This document shows, one piece after another, positions 45,781 to 57,170 of a DNA stretch of 64,000 bases (its first letter is position 1; the number at the start of each line of letters is the position of its first letter). The notes under the pieces are model-generated. The model made no database searches and had not been told where the DNA came from. It worked only from the letters and a program-made list of their open reading frames with translations. The translations under genes and the position numbers were made by a program. Origin of the DNA: the human T2T-CHM13v2.0 reference genome, Homo sapiens; contig CP086569.2 of assembly GCA_009914755.4 (NCBI GenBank), positions 3,200,001 through 3,264,000 of the forward strand. Reading direction: 5' to 3'.

Positions 45781-48700
45781 GTTAAATAAAATTCACAATA
45801 GTCCATGCTATTATAAATCTCACTTTTGTTTCCAAATTGACTCATCTTTGAGTCAAAGTAAAATTCAATAGATAAATGTTGACGCAATATGGCTAAGTTT
45901 GTGATTTCTCTCTACCTATATGTTCATGTTTTGTTTATGAAAAGTCATTAATTTTTAAATAATTAGTTATCCTTCAGGTCTCAATAATCCCTATTCCACA
46001 ATGGTAAAGTTACAACAAATGCACTTACTTAGAGCACAGAATCCTTTCACACCACTACCAAATTTTCTTCATTCCGTTTGCTGGGCCAATGCTACAAGAT
46101 AAGATAAACCCTGGCCCTATTTTCTCAGACTGCATGATAAGATGAATACTGTAATTTTGAATTGAACATAGAGTCAGTGGTACATTAGGAGCCTAGTAGA
46201 GGAATAGTATCAAGAAGTCAAAAATCTTTAATGTGAGACACTGGATAATGACTGGACTGGAGACAAATCATTTCTTTAAAAAAAAACCCAGAATATAGAC
46301 TATTAAAATAGAACACAAAAAATTTAAAATGTTTTAAGGAGAGATGAAAATAATCAGATGAAATGAGAAGCAAATAAGAGAAAAAAAGAATATATTTGTC
46401 ACACAGGTGAAACAAAAGGTGAGGGAGGGGATAGAACAGGAATTCAGAACTGTGACTAAAATCTGTCTGCTTATATACCTAATTTTTCATATTTGCTCTG
46501 TTTTAATGAGAATTTTCCATAAAATAAAACTAACTTTTCAATATTCTGTTAACCAATTTCCTCTTCTTCTAACTACCACACTTCTTCAAAAGGAGAATAC
46601 ACCCTAGAAATCGTCTGCTGAACTAGAAAACAAGAAGACTGTTCAATAAGCCAGTCTGTCATCTTGCTCACTGAAGGAACAAGTATATGTATATACAATT
46701 TTTTGTTAGTAGTTTTTCAGGTTTCACTACCAATTAAAGTACACTAAAGATAGAGAAAATGCAATGAACTAAATAGATTTGAAAATGCATGTTGATTTTG
46801 GGAAGTTATATAAAATTAGTTTTAAATTTTCTCAACTTTTCCAATATATGGGGGAAAAAAGTTTTGAAAGCCAACTAATTCCATGAGTTCTATGGAATGG
46901 AAACACTGATATAAATTTTGCCTTGAAAGAAATTAGATTTTCTGATTAATTGGTATAAGTTTTAAATAAGATATAGCACCTTACACTTCTGTTACACTTA
47001 GTTTAAAAGATATGAGTACAATAATGTTGAGACATTATTCTTGGCACCACAATACAGTAAATAGTTTAAATGCCTAACCAAAATAGCTATTTTAGGAAGC
47101 TGGCATAACAACCTGTGAATGTCATGCCTTCCGAAATGGCAAAAGAAGATTTTTTCATTTCCTCTCCACAATCCCAAACAATGAGAAAGCAATGAAAAGT
47201 TTAATAGAGTGAGTTACAAAGCACAACTATGCAAAAATAAAAGAGGTATAGCACACTGGGTAAAAGTTATTTGCTGTCCCTAGGTAGTACATTTAATTTA
47301 CAACTGATGTTCATAAAATAAAATGATATTTTCCTTTTGTCATAAGTATCTACATATGTCTCGCTATGTTTTCAACTTTTTAATGTAACCTTTATAATAT
47401 GACTATGATACTGGAAATTTAATGTTCATATATTATTAATTATGCTTTTTTACTATATTGACCTCTTTAATATTCTGCATGTTGGTCATTTATTCATCCC
47501 CAGATAATTGCTTCACCTGTAGGTAAAAGGTGATATTCAAAGCCAAAGGCAAAATACTATTATTTAAAAGTTCAACTCTTTATTCAGAGTATAATATCAA
47601 TTATTAAAATATGCATACTGATGTATTTACTATTACAACATATATTTTTGTACTACATTTAAGTTTACTGTTTGTGTCTTGTAATATCTACACTTATTCA
47701 AAATCTTCAAATGAAAATAATATGTAGATTTTATTCATACTTGCCAAAAATTATATTAACTCTAGCCTTAGTTCAAACTTATATTAATATATAATTTTAA
47801 ACTACTGATTAAACTAAAAATTTACAGATATTTTCCTGCTTCTAAAAATATACTAGCAAAGATTGTTATAGTAGAAAAAAACAAAAAGAGCGTTTTCTTA
47901 ATCTCAGCCATTAAATCAAATAACTACTGAGTCAAAGTGGGGTATATTTGATGGTAATCATGAGGCTTGGGTTTCAGTCCAGGTTTTACACCAAAATATT
48001 CTTCATGATTGGAAAAATTAGTTTCCATTACGGAGCCTTTTTTAAAAAATTTCATACGCACACAGATTCTCTCTAAAGTCACATTCAAATCAAAATTCTT
48101 TATGATGATATGAAAATAAGCAATGGAGATAAAATATTCTTTTGTTACAAATTTTAGTAAAATTGTGACGTATTATATTTAATAACTACTATTTTCCAAG
48201 ATAGAACAATCCAAGCTTGATAAAGCATATTGAGTAGATATCTGCATATTTAAAGAATATCCAGAATTCCCTCTTTAAAAGTACCTATCAGAGCAATACT
48301 ACTTCAGATAACTATAAACTATGGAGAAAATATTTAAAATATTCTTTAAATCTAACATTAGAGCACAACAAAAAGCATGATAAAACCACAAAGGAGTCGA
48401 CAGCTTAATATAACAGTAAGTTTCTGATATTTTAAAGGCTTCTTATGAAAAAGAAGACAGGCTCCAGTTCATTTCACGTAAGTTACCTCCATTTACATGG
48501 AATTCCACAGTCTTGTCTGCACGACTATCCACATATGGTATCCACATGTGGTAGAGTTTAGGCTGCCACAGCAACTGTAAATTGAAGAGGAAATGTTGGA
48601 GAAAAATTCCAGAGAAGACGAGTCCCAAAATTTATGTATAAATATTGCCCAAATTTCTAGCTGACCCAAGAAGTATGCAAAGTCAGGTCAGATGCCACAC

Positions 48701-49099
48701 AGACCAGGTAAGGCTAAGACATATATATTTTTAATTTCAGCTGATTCTCCATGCAGGGCAGTCAATATTTAAAAAAAAATATACCCAGCCAAGTTAATTT
48801 CGGGCTGAAACTACAACAAATGAAAAAACTCCATTGTTTCAATGAATATAATAGACTCAAGAATCTCTGCAATATTTTATGATGTCTAAGATATAATCCA
48901 AAATTATTAGACATATGAAGAAACAGAAAAAATATTTCATGCTCAGGTTAAAAACAAAAAAACAACAAATGGAGATTGACTCAGGCATAATGTTGATGTT
49001 TGAAATTAGCAGACAGTTCTTTAAAACAGCTGTAATTACTGTAACTCACAGACTTTTGGGAAAATATGCTTAATGAATAAATTGATAGGCAATTTTAAG

Positions 49100-51420
49100 G
49101 AGGTAGAGACTTTTAAAAGCAGACATGCTCAGATTAAAATTACAATATGTAAACAAACACAGAACCTAGCTATCTAGGTTCCTATATAATGTCAGATTAC
49201 AAATAAAAGAAGAAACATACATTCACTTAAAGATAGATTGATATAAATTATCCAGTCAGGAAAATAAAGAAAAAATAGATAGATTGATATAAATTATCCA
49301 ATCAGAAAAATAGAGAAAAAATATTTTAAAAAATGAGTAGATCTACAATAATCTCTGGTAAAGTGTGAAAAAGTCTAAAATATATAAAATGAAGGTATCA
49401 GAAAATGAGGAGTGACAGCATGGGACAGAAATACTATCTGAAGAAATAAAGACCAAAATCTTCATTTTAAGAAAATTCATATATGTGTAGAGTTAAGAAA
49501 TTCAGACAACATGAAGAAGAGACAACAAACAGAAAATAAATCATGTTCAGACATTTGAAAACTGACCTTAAAAGGCCATGAAAAATGTGAATCAGTTATC
49601 ACTATAATTCAGAAATAATGAAAATGGAAAGGCAGTGGAGGGAGATTTTTAATGGGCTCAACAATAAATAAAACCATTAACTGAAAATCTGATTCTATAT
49701 CTAGCAAAAATATCTTTTAATAATGGAAGTGAAGTGAAGACATACTCAGAAAATAAAAACTAAATACTAAGAAAATCTGTCATCTCTATAAATACCTGAG
49801 AATAACTGCTACAGAAAGTTTTTCTGGCTGAAGAGTAATTATTCCAGATGTAAATCAGACTTTTAGTTATGAACAGAAAACACAGAAAATTCTGAAGATG
49901 TCAGGAAACTAACAGACTATATTTCCTCTTAATTACTTAAATAGACACGTAACTGATTTAAACAAAAGTTATAACATTTTAATATAGTTTTGAACATATT
50001 TCAATATAATACACATGAAAACTATAAAATAGAAGATAGAGGTATAGAGAATGAACATATCCAAGCACAATGTTCTTATATTTTTTGCAAAGTGGTAGAA
50101 TATGAAATCTATGGAGACTGTAAAAACTTAAAAATATATATTGCTATCACTAGAGATACCTCTAAAATGTAATTGTAATAGGTATTTCAGAAAGCTAATA
50201 GATGTTAATATTAAATGCTAACAAATATTTAATGAACTAAAAAGAAGACAATAAGGGAAAACAGAGAAACAAAAATATGTTGTAAAAAGATAAATATTAA
50301 AGTGGTAGACCAAATATAACTATTATTATTATATTAAATATAAGAAGATTAATAGCTCCAATTAAATAGAAGCAATTTCCAGATTGTACAAAAGGGCAAG
50401 ACCAATACAAGGAATTGTACAAGAGATGTATATTATAAAGATACAGATTAGTTTAAGGTAAATACACAGTAGTTACACCTTTTACAAAAATTAACCTAAA
50501 ATGGATCATAGAACTAAATGTAAAGTGCAAAATTATGAAACACTTAGAAAATAACAGAGAAAATTTAGATGGCCTCAGTTTTGGTGATGTCATTTTAAGT
50601 TCAACATCATATGTACAATCTACAAAAAAAAGAATTTATAAGTTGAATTTAATTAAAATTAAAACATTTTGTTCTGTGAAAAACACTGTTAAGAAAATTA
50701 AGAAACAAGGCACATACCAGCAGAAAATATTAAAAAACATATACTTAGTAATGAACTGGTATTCAAAATATGCAGAAAAACTCTTGAAATTCAACCAAGG
50801 AAACCAATCTGATTAAAAATCGTCAAAAGATCTAAACAGACACCTCACCAAAGAAGATATACTGATTTTATATATAAGTATAAAAACAAGATGCCTAAGT
50901 CACTAGGGAATTGCAATATAAATCAATGAGATACTACTACACATCTAGTAGAATGACTAAAATCAACAATATGGACATCAAAAGCTGGTGAGAATGTGAA
51001 ACAACAGGAATTCTCATTCATTGTTGGTGAGAATGAAAAATAGTACAGCCATTTTAGAAGACAGTTTGGCAGTCTCTTATAGAACTAAACATGTTCTTAC
51101 CACCATATAATCCAGCAATTGCAATCTCTGAAATTTCTCCAAATGAGTTGAAAATGTATGCCCACACAATAACCTGCACATGGATGTTTGTTCATAAGTC
51201 CCTAAACTTGAAAGCAATCAAGATGTCCTTCAGTAGGTGGATAGATAAACTGTGATATAGCCATATAATGGAATATTATTCAGGGCTAAAAAGAAATGAG
51301 CTATCAAGCCACAAAAACATATGGGAAATCACTTGTGATTTTGATAGGAATATGTAATTAAAGTAAATTTAAAGAGAATTAAATTTATTAAAATAGTGAA
51401 ATTTCCTAGGGTAAAATAGA
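49100..51420 (+). mobile_element. Old L1M-type fragment, sense, highly decayed
   Basis: A-rich sense strand. 3' part ...tagtagaatgactaaaatcaacaatatggacatcaaaagctggtgagaatgtgaaacaacaggaattctcattcattgttggtgagaatgaaaaatagtacagccattttagaagacagtttggcagt...ccagcaattgcaatctctgaaatttctccaaatgagttgaaaatgtatgcccacacaataacctgcacatggatgtt is characteristic of the L1M ORF2 C-terminus / 3' end. Confidence 0.6.
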
Positions 51421-51983
51421 ATGTATTTTAACTTTTAACATCCATTTTATGTTATTAAATAAAATTTTCTACTTTTATTTGCATAGGGTGTAGACAATAA
51501 TTTCTAATTTTAGGCCTATATCTTTTTGTATCTTTATTCTTGATACGATTATGAACTAGGTAATTTTCCCAATATATTTTCTAAATTACGATTATTGATA
51601 CATGTTAATGTTTATCTTTTATTTGTTTGTAACTGACCACCTTACATAATTCTTATTATTTATAATGGTTTCTCAATTGATTTTTAGGTATTTCCTAAGT
51701 GGCAAATCATGCTATCAACAAATAATAATATTTTTCCTCCTTTTAGTATATTTATTGTATTTATTTTTGTTTGATTAATTCTATTGGATCAAATTTTTAA
51801 GCAATTTTATAGTAGTGAAAATAAACATCTTTGCCTTACTTATGAAATTGAAAGAATCATTTTTGTTTTATTGTTAACCATAAGGCTGTATATTGGAGAT
51901 TTTAACTTTTTATTAATCTATGTTATACAAAGGAAGGATCCTTTTATCCTTATTTCATTAAAATATGTTTATCATAAATTCAT

Positions 51984-52293
51984 TTATTTGTTTGTTTGTT
52001 TGTTTTTCAGATGGAGTCTCGCTCTCTCACCCTGGCTGGATGTAGTGCAGTGGCACCAACTTGGCTCACTGCAACCTCCACCTCCTGGGCTTCAAGCAAT
52101 TCTCCCTGCCTCAGACTCCCAAGTAGGGATTACAGGTGCACGTCACCACGCCTCACTAATTTTGTATTCTTTAGTAGAGATGCGGTTTTGTCATGTTGGC
52201 CAGGCTAGTCTCAAACTCCTGACCTCAGGTGATCCACCTGTCTCGGCCTCCCAAAGTGCTGGGATTATAGGCATGAGACACCGTGACCGGCCC
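51984..52293 (-). mobile_element. AluS/J-like, antisense, (TTTG)n tail
   Basis: tttgtttgtttgtttgtttttcagatggagtctcgctctctcaccctggctggatgtagtgcagtggcaccaacttggctcactgcaacctcc ... aggcatgagacaccgtgaccggccc. Confidence 0.85.
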
Positions 52294-52923
52294 AGAAATT
52301 TATTTTAAATTCATTAAAATAGTTACTCAAACTCCAACAAGATGACATTTTTTCTTTTATCCATGAATGTGATTAATTCTCAAAATATATATTCTAATGT
52401 TAGATCATGCTGCATTTTACATGTTTCCATTTTTTCATGTGTTTTATATTTTACATGAATGTACATTCTATCCAGTAATAATTTATGATGTTATAAGTGA
52501 ATCTGCCACAGATATTTCTGTCATGCTTTGTGAGATTTTCACATCCGAGTCATACCAGATTTATAAAGATCTGGAAAGCATTTTCTTTACATCTTTTACA
52601 AAGAGAATCATTTGCTCCTTAAGTTGAGGAAAATGAATAGAATAAGCTGTAAGATCCATAAGTCTTATTGGGGGATAATTCTATGGTATCTCTTACAGTC
52701 AGGCCATACTTCCAACTTTCATCCCTCCAAATTAAGGTATATTAGTTGAATCTGCTAGAACTTCCTACACTTCTTACTCTTAACATGCCACCATTTCTGT
52801 CAACAGGGGTTTAGTGCTGGTTTCCTGACATTTTCTTCAATTCATTTCGAAGTGTAAAATACCTGGCAGGAATTATCCAGATACTTTACGATATGAAAAA
52901 GCAGTATGTCCTTGACAACATTC

Positions 52924-52927
<4 letters not shown>

Positions 52928-52962
<35 letters not shown>

Positions 52963-53041
52963 TGAGACGGAGTCTTGCTCTGTCACCCAGGCTGGAGTGC
53001 AGTGGCGTGATCTCAGCTCAGTGCAAGCTCTGCCTCCCGGG
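52928..53041 (-). mobile_element. 5'-truncated Alu (right-arm end only) with (ATT)n tail; TSD acattctttatt
   Basis: (tta)11 tttgagacggagtcttgctctgtcacccaggctggagtgcagtggcgtgatctcagctcagtgcaagctctgcctcccggg then a break. acattctttatt is present at 52918-52929 and 53042-53053. Confidence 0.75.
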
Positions 53042-53116
53042 ACATTCTTTATTTTTAGAGTTGGTGAAATTCAGTTACCACATCACCAATTTTTGCTTAG
53101 TTCACTGTGCTTTGAT

Positions 53117-53439
53117 TTTTGTTTTTGTTTTTTTGTTTGTTTGCTTGTTTGTTTTTTTGAAATGGAGTCTTGCACTGTCGCCCAGGCTGGGTGCAATGGC
53201 ACAATCTTGGCTCACTGCAACCTCTGCTTCCTGGGTTCAAGTGATTCTCCTGCCTCGGCCTCCCGAGGAGCTGAGATTACAGGCACCCGCCATCAACCCC
53301 GGCGAATTTTTTGTATTTTTAGCAGAGACAGGGGTTTCACTATGCTGGCCAGGCTGGTCTCGAACTCCTTACCTCGTGATCCACCCGCCTCGGCCTCCGA
53401 AAGTGTTGGGATTACAGGCGTAAGCCACCACGCCTGGCC
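53117..53439 (-). mobile_element. Alu (AluS-like), antisense, full length
   Basis: T/G-rich tail then aatggagtcttgcactgtcgcccaggctgggtgcaatggcacaatcttggctcactgcaacctctgcttcctgggttcaagtgattctcctgcc ... ggcgtaagccaccacgcctggcc. Flanking ttgtttttgtttt repeats. Confidence 0.85.
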
Positions 53440-54956
53440 TTGTTTTTGTTTTTTAATTTGGTTTTATAGTCTCCCATTTCTTCGATGCCAAAAATTAAGC
53501 TTTCTCTAAAACTCTACAAGTAGATCAACATAATTTGGTTTGTAGAATACTTATATGAAAATTATATTACTGGAAACAATACGCAATAAAATATTAAGGA
53601 CCTCAGTCTCATTATGGTCTTTTATAATTTGAGAAATAAAGTGTCTATTATAGTGTAATGCCATTGGCATCCCTAATACAGTCATGAGAAGGCACTTTTC
53701 AGAGTCACAAGTAAATAAATCAATGCTTATAAATAGACAAACTGTTTACAATGAGATCTGTGTACTTCACATAAAAAGAAACAATAAAGGAAGATAAAAA
53801 CTGATAGACACTATTTAGATCATTTTATCTTCTTACAAGTTTTAAAGAAGTAGGTGGAAGCAATCTATCTTTCTCTCAGAGATACCCATAATTCATAATT
53901 TTGTATCACCAAAAACTGGAAGAAAGGTAATACAGTTTCTATTCAGCATTTCAATTATTTCATCATAAAAGGAAGTCACATTTTTTGTGTCAAAAGCGAT
54001 GGGATTCATTTCCAATTTCTCACCTACTTTCCAGATTTCTCCATGTTCCTGTATCTGTTGATAGAGGAAAAGACAGTCTCCAAATCTCCTGGGAATAATT
54101 TTGAGCCATCATAATATTCTTTTTAGAGGGGATGCATAAAGTAGACATTAAAAATCAAGAACCCAGATCATATCAGTGAGAAGAAATCTGCAATTCGTTA
54201 AATATGTGCAATTCTACGTCAATCCTTGAGCAGAGGCCTGAATCCCCATACATAGAAAGAACATATAGGAGTAATAAGTGAGGGAGGGTAAGTTACTACA
54301 AGTCATGCTGACGCACAAAAATACTTTCAGCGAGCATGAGGCATAAATGTGTTGGTGAGAAACAGTTGCAGGAACTGAGTTTTTACTATGCATAGAAAAT
54401 CTTATCTTCTGTGTTTCAAAAGCCCAAAAGTCCAGTGGAAATAGAAGCATTCTTTTCTAGAGTATTCCAAAGGAGACCTTCAATTGTACCCAACATACCC
54501 AATTATTGGTTATTGGGAGCTTTACTAAGTTGTTCATTAGATTTGATTGTGTTATTCAGTAGGTCTCCCTTACAATAAATTTTAAGTGATGAAAGTCAGT
54601 ACCAGTAAGGAAGATTACCAACAGCCAAAGGATCAGTAGACAACATTCTGAAATCCAGCCCAGTGACAAGTAAGAACTCTTAAGGGCAAAAGGAAGCTGT
54701 GGATAATATATGCTGCTTCAGACGATAGCTAGGACTCTGCAAAATATATGAAATTAAAAATAAATAATACCATACAGTATTATTAAGGAGTCAGAGTTGA
54801 TGCTGGTGGTAATTGTCTTCAAAGTGAATCACAGTGTTCTTGAAAAAAGTCAAGCCTTATTTTTCAGCTACTAGAAATGAAAATTTGAAATTTACAAATT
54901 ATTTTCATTTGACTTATCGGGTGATTTCCACATGCTGGAAATATCAAGAAATATTT

Positions 54957-55270
<314 letters not shown>

Positions 55271-55473
55271 ATTTAAATAAACTGTCTGTGATGGCCATTA
55301 TTTCTTGAATTCTATCTTATTCCACTTATTCCACATTACTAAAAGATCCCTGAATTTCTGACTGAAGTTTAAAGAGAAACATCACAACTAGATATCAGAG
55401 TCCAAGGAAGAGACACAAAGACCTCAGTGGTACTGACAGGCAATAGCAAAGTCATTCGAAAGACAAAGATTTT

Positions 55474-55792
55474 GGCTGGTCGTGGTGGCTCACGCCTGTA
55501 ATCCCAGCACTTTGGGAGGCCGAGGCCAAGGAGGGCAGATAATGAGGTCAGGAGATCGAGACCATCCTGGCTAATATGGTGAAACCCGCCTGTACAAAAA
55601 ATATAAAAAATTAGCCGGGCGTGGTGGCAGATGCCTGTAATCTCAGCTACTCGGGAGGCTGAGGCAGGGGAATTGCTTGAACCTGGGAGATGGAGGTTGC
55701 AGTGAGCCGAGATGCCGCCATTGTGCCACTGCACTCCAGCCTGGGCGACAGAGCGAGACTCCATATCAAAAAAAAAAAAAAAAAAAAAAAAA
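55474..55792 (+). mobile_element. AluY-like, sense, A26 tail; TSD agacaaagatttt; 650 bp upstream of the TGIF2LY ATG
   Basis: ggctggtcgtggtggctcacgcctgtaatcccagcactttgggaggccgaggccaaggagggcagataatgaggtcaggagatcgagaccatcctggctaa ... gcgagactccatatcaaaa(a)n. Direct repeat agacaaagatttt at 55461-55473 and after the tail. Confidence 0.9.
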
Positions 55793-56142
55793 GACAAAGA
55801 CAAAGATTTTAAGGCCATAGAGAAGAAAAATTTAAGCAGCAAGGCATCAAAAGCAAAAGTCTAGTTCAAAATTATTATTAATATCTGCTTTGAACATGGA
55901 AGAATGGAAGAGGGGAGTCAACGTACAGTAGTTACACTCTTTTATTGAGTTTAGTAGCTAATCAACAATTTGTTCCTGATATATCTAGATGAGCCAGTGA
56001 GACAATTATAAGTAATAACGGGAAGAACAATACCAGAGTAAAATCAAATAGGAAGAAAGTGATAGGCGTATTTACACTAATAGAAATAGAGTCCGTCAGT
56101 TAGTGGAAACTGGTGACAACAGCAGAGAAAACTCTGGAGAGC

Positions 56143-56148
56143 TATAAA
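56143..56148 (+). promoter_or_regulatory. Candidate TATA box (TATAAA) about 185 bp upstream of the exon-1 donor
   Basis: gagcTATAAActgcg at 56139-56153. Its position would put a TSS near 56170-56180. Alternative to a CRE-driven TATA-less start; low confidence, as the motif occurs by chance in AT-rich DNA. Confidence 0.25.
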
Positions 56149-56251
56149 CTGCGTGAAATGAAGTGCATTGGAAGTTACAGAAAATACGCAAGAACAATGG
56201 GAGAAGAACTCCAGGAAGTGTAGGGGAGGGGCAGCGTGGAGAAGAAAGGAT

Positions 56252-56261
56252 GTGACGTCAC
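56252..56261 (+). promoter_or_regulatory. Perfect palindromic cAMP-response element (gTGACGTCAc) in the putative TGIF2LY promoter / exon 1
   Basis: Exact TGACGTCA octamer at 56253-56260 with palindromic flanks, about 70 bp upstream of the exon-1 donor. Full-site CREs bound by CREM-tau/CREB are typical of testis-specific haploid promoters; TGIF2LX/Y are testis-restricted. Confidence 0.4.
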
Positions 56262-56328
56262 TGAGATAACCAGCTCGGCTGTTAGCAACTCTGTTAGCAA
56301 AGCTGTTTGTCTTTCTCGGAAACAACAG

Positions 56329-56402
56329 GTGAGAATTCCCCTTACAGACCTGCCCATGCTTTCTAAAGTGGCTCTCCCAAACCTACCTTTGTCCTAACTC
56401 AG
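56329..56402 (+). other. TGIF2LY: Putative 74-bp intron in the 5'UTR of TGIF2LY (exon 1 ends at 56328; exon 2 starts at 56403)
   Basis: Good donor aacaacAG|GTGAGAat at 56328/56329. Polypyrimidine tract cctacctttgtcctaactcAG| ends at 56402, 43 nt upstream of the ATG. Consistent with my recollection that TGIF2LX/Y are 2-exon genes under 1 kb with the whole CDS in exon 2. Not verifiable without transcript data. Confidence 0.5.
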
Positions 56403-56445
56403 TTGTCTGTGATTCTCAATATAGTAACGATAAGCCTCTTTGAAT

Positions 56446-57003
56446 ATGGAGGCCGCTGCAGACGGCCCGGCTGAGACCCAAAGCCCGGTGGAAAAAGACA
56501 GCCCGGCGAAGACCCAAAGCCCAGCCCAAGACACCTCAATCATGTCGAGAAATAACGCAGATACAGGCAGAGTTCTTGCCTTACCAGAGCACAAGAAGAA
56601 GCGCAAGGGAAACTTGCCAGCCGAGTCCGTTAAGATCCTCCGCGACTGGATGTATAAGCATCGGTTTAAGGCCTACCCTTCAGAAGAAGAGAAGCAAATG
56701 CTGTCAGAGAAGACCAATTTGTCTTTGTTGCGGATTTCTAACTGGTTTATCAATGCTCGCAGACGCATTCTCCCGGATATGCTTCAACAGCGTAGAAACG
56801 ACCCCATCATTGGCCACAAAACGGGCAAAGATGCCCATGCCACCCACCTGCAGAGCACCGAGGCGTCTGTGCCGGCCAAGTCAGGGCCAGTGGTCCAGAC
56901 AATGTACAAAGCCTGCCCCTGTGGCCCTTGCCAAAGGGCCAGATGTCAAGAGAGAAGCAACCAGATCCGGAGTCGGCCCCTAGCCAGAAGCTCACCGGAA
57001 TAG
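56446..57003 (+). CDS. TGIF2LY: TGFB-induced factor homeobox 2-like, Y-linked (TALE/TGIF-class homeodomain protein), 185 aa, single coding exon. The X-linked paralog TGIF2LX is the alternative if the 1-bp deletion is allelic or an error.
   Basis: Six-frame ORF 56440-57003; the first codon of the track is TTG, and the first ATG in frame is at 56446, giving [26 protein letters not shown]...[63 protein letters not shown]. The homeodomain has the TALE three-residue loop and the WFINARRR helix 3 typical of TGIF1/TGIF2. Length to the stop at 57001-57003 is exactly 185 aa, the known TGIF2LY size. The downstream +2 frame (56928-57170) encodes ...[32 protein letters not shown]...[11 protein letters not shown], which is the TGIF2LX C-terminus as I remember it. 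The Y copy is therefore frameshifted relative to X. Confidence 0.85.
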   Translation: MEAAADGPAETQSPVEKDSPAKTQSPAQDTSIMSRNNADTGRVLALPEHKKKRKGNLPAESVKILRDWMYKHRFKAYPSEEEKQMLSEKTNLSLLRISNWFINARRRILPDMLQQRRNDPIIGHKTGKDAHATHLQSTEASVPAKSGPVVQTMYKACPCGPCQRARCQERSNQIRSRPLARSSPE

Positions 57004-57170
57004 CCCAGCCAAAGAAAAAGGTCAAGATTTCTATCACTTCCCCGTCTTCTCCAGAACTTGTGTCTCCAGAGGAGTACGCCGACTTCAGCAGCTTCCTGCT
57101 GCTAGTCGATGCAGCAGTACAAACGGCTGCCGAGCTGGAGCTAGAGAAGAAGCAAGAGCCTAATCCATGA
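56889..57170 (+). other. TGIF2LY: Ancestral (X-type) C-terminal coding segment of TGIF2L, now out of frame after a 1-bp deletion; stop-free to TGA at 57168-57170
   Basis: At 56881-56895 the sequence reads tcagggccagtggtcc. The X-type protein ...[29 protein letters not shown]... requires tcagggccaAgtggtcc. With the missing A the frame switches to [20 protein letters not shown]... and ends at 57003, while the +2 frame stays open and encodes the X-like tail through 57170. Confidence 0.7.

Noticed and set aside
51784-53509. Long open reading frames of 170-176 aa (51784-52308 +, 52893-53423 +, 52997-53509 +)
   Set aside because: They run through antisense Alu sequence ([12 protein letters not shown]..., [12 protein letters not shown]... 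are the classic Alu-encoded peptides) and have no start context or homology. Artefacts of repeats.
55369-55842. 157-aa minus-strand ORF just upstream of TGIF2LY
   Set aside because: Entirely Alu-derived (antisense of the AluY at 55474-55792); not a gene.
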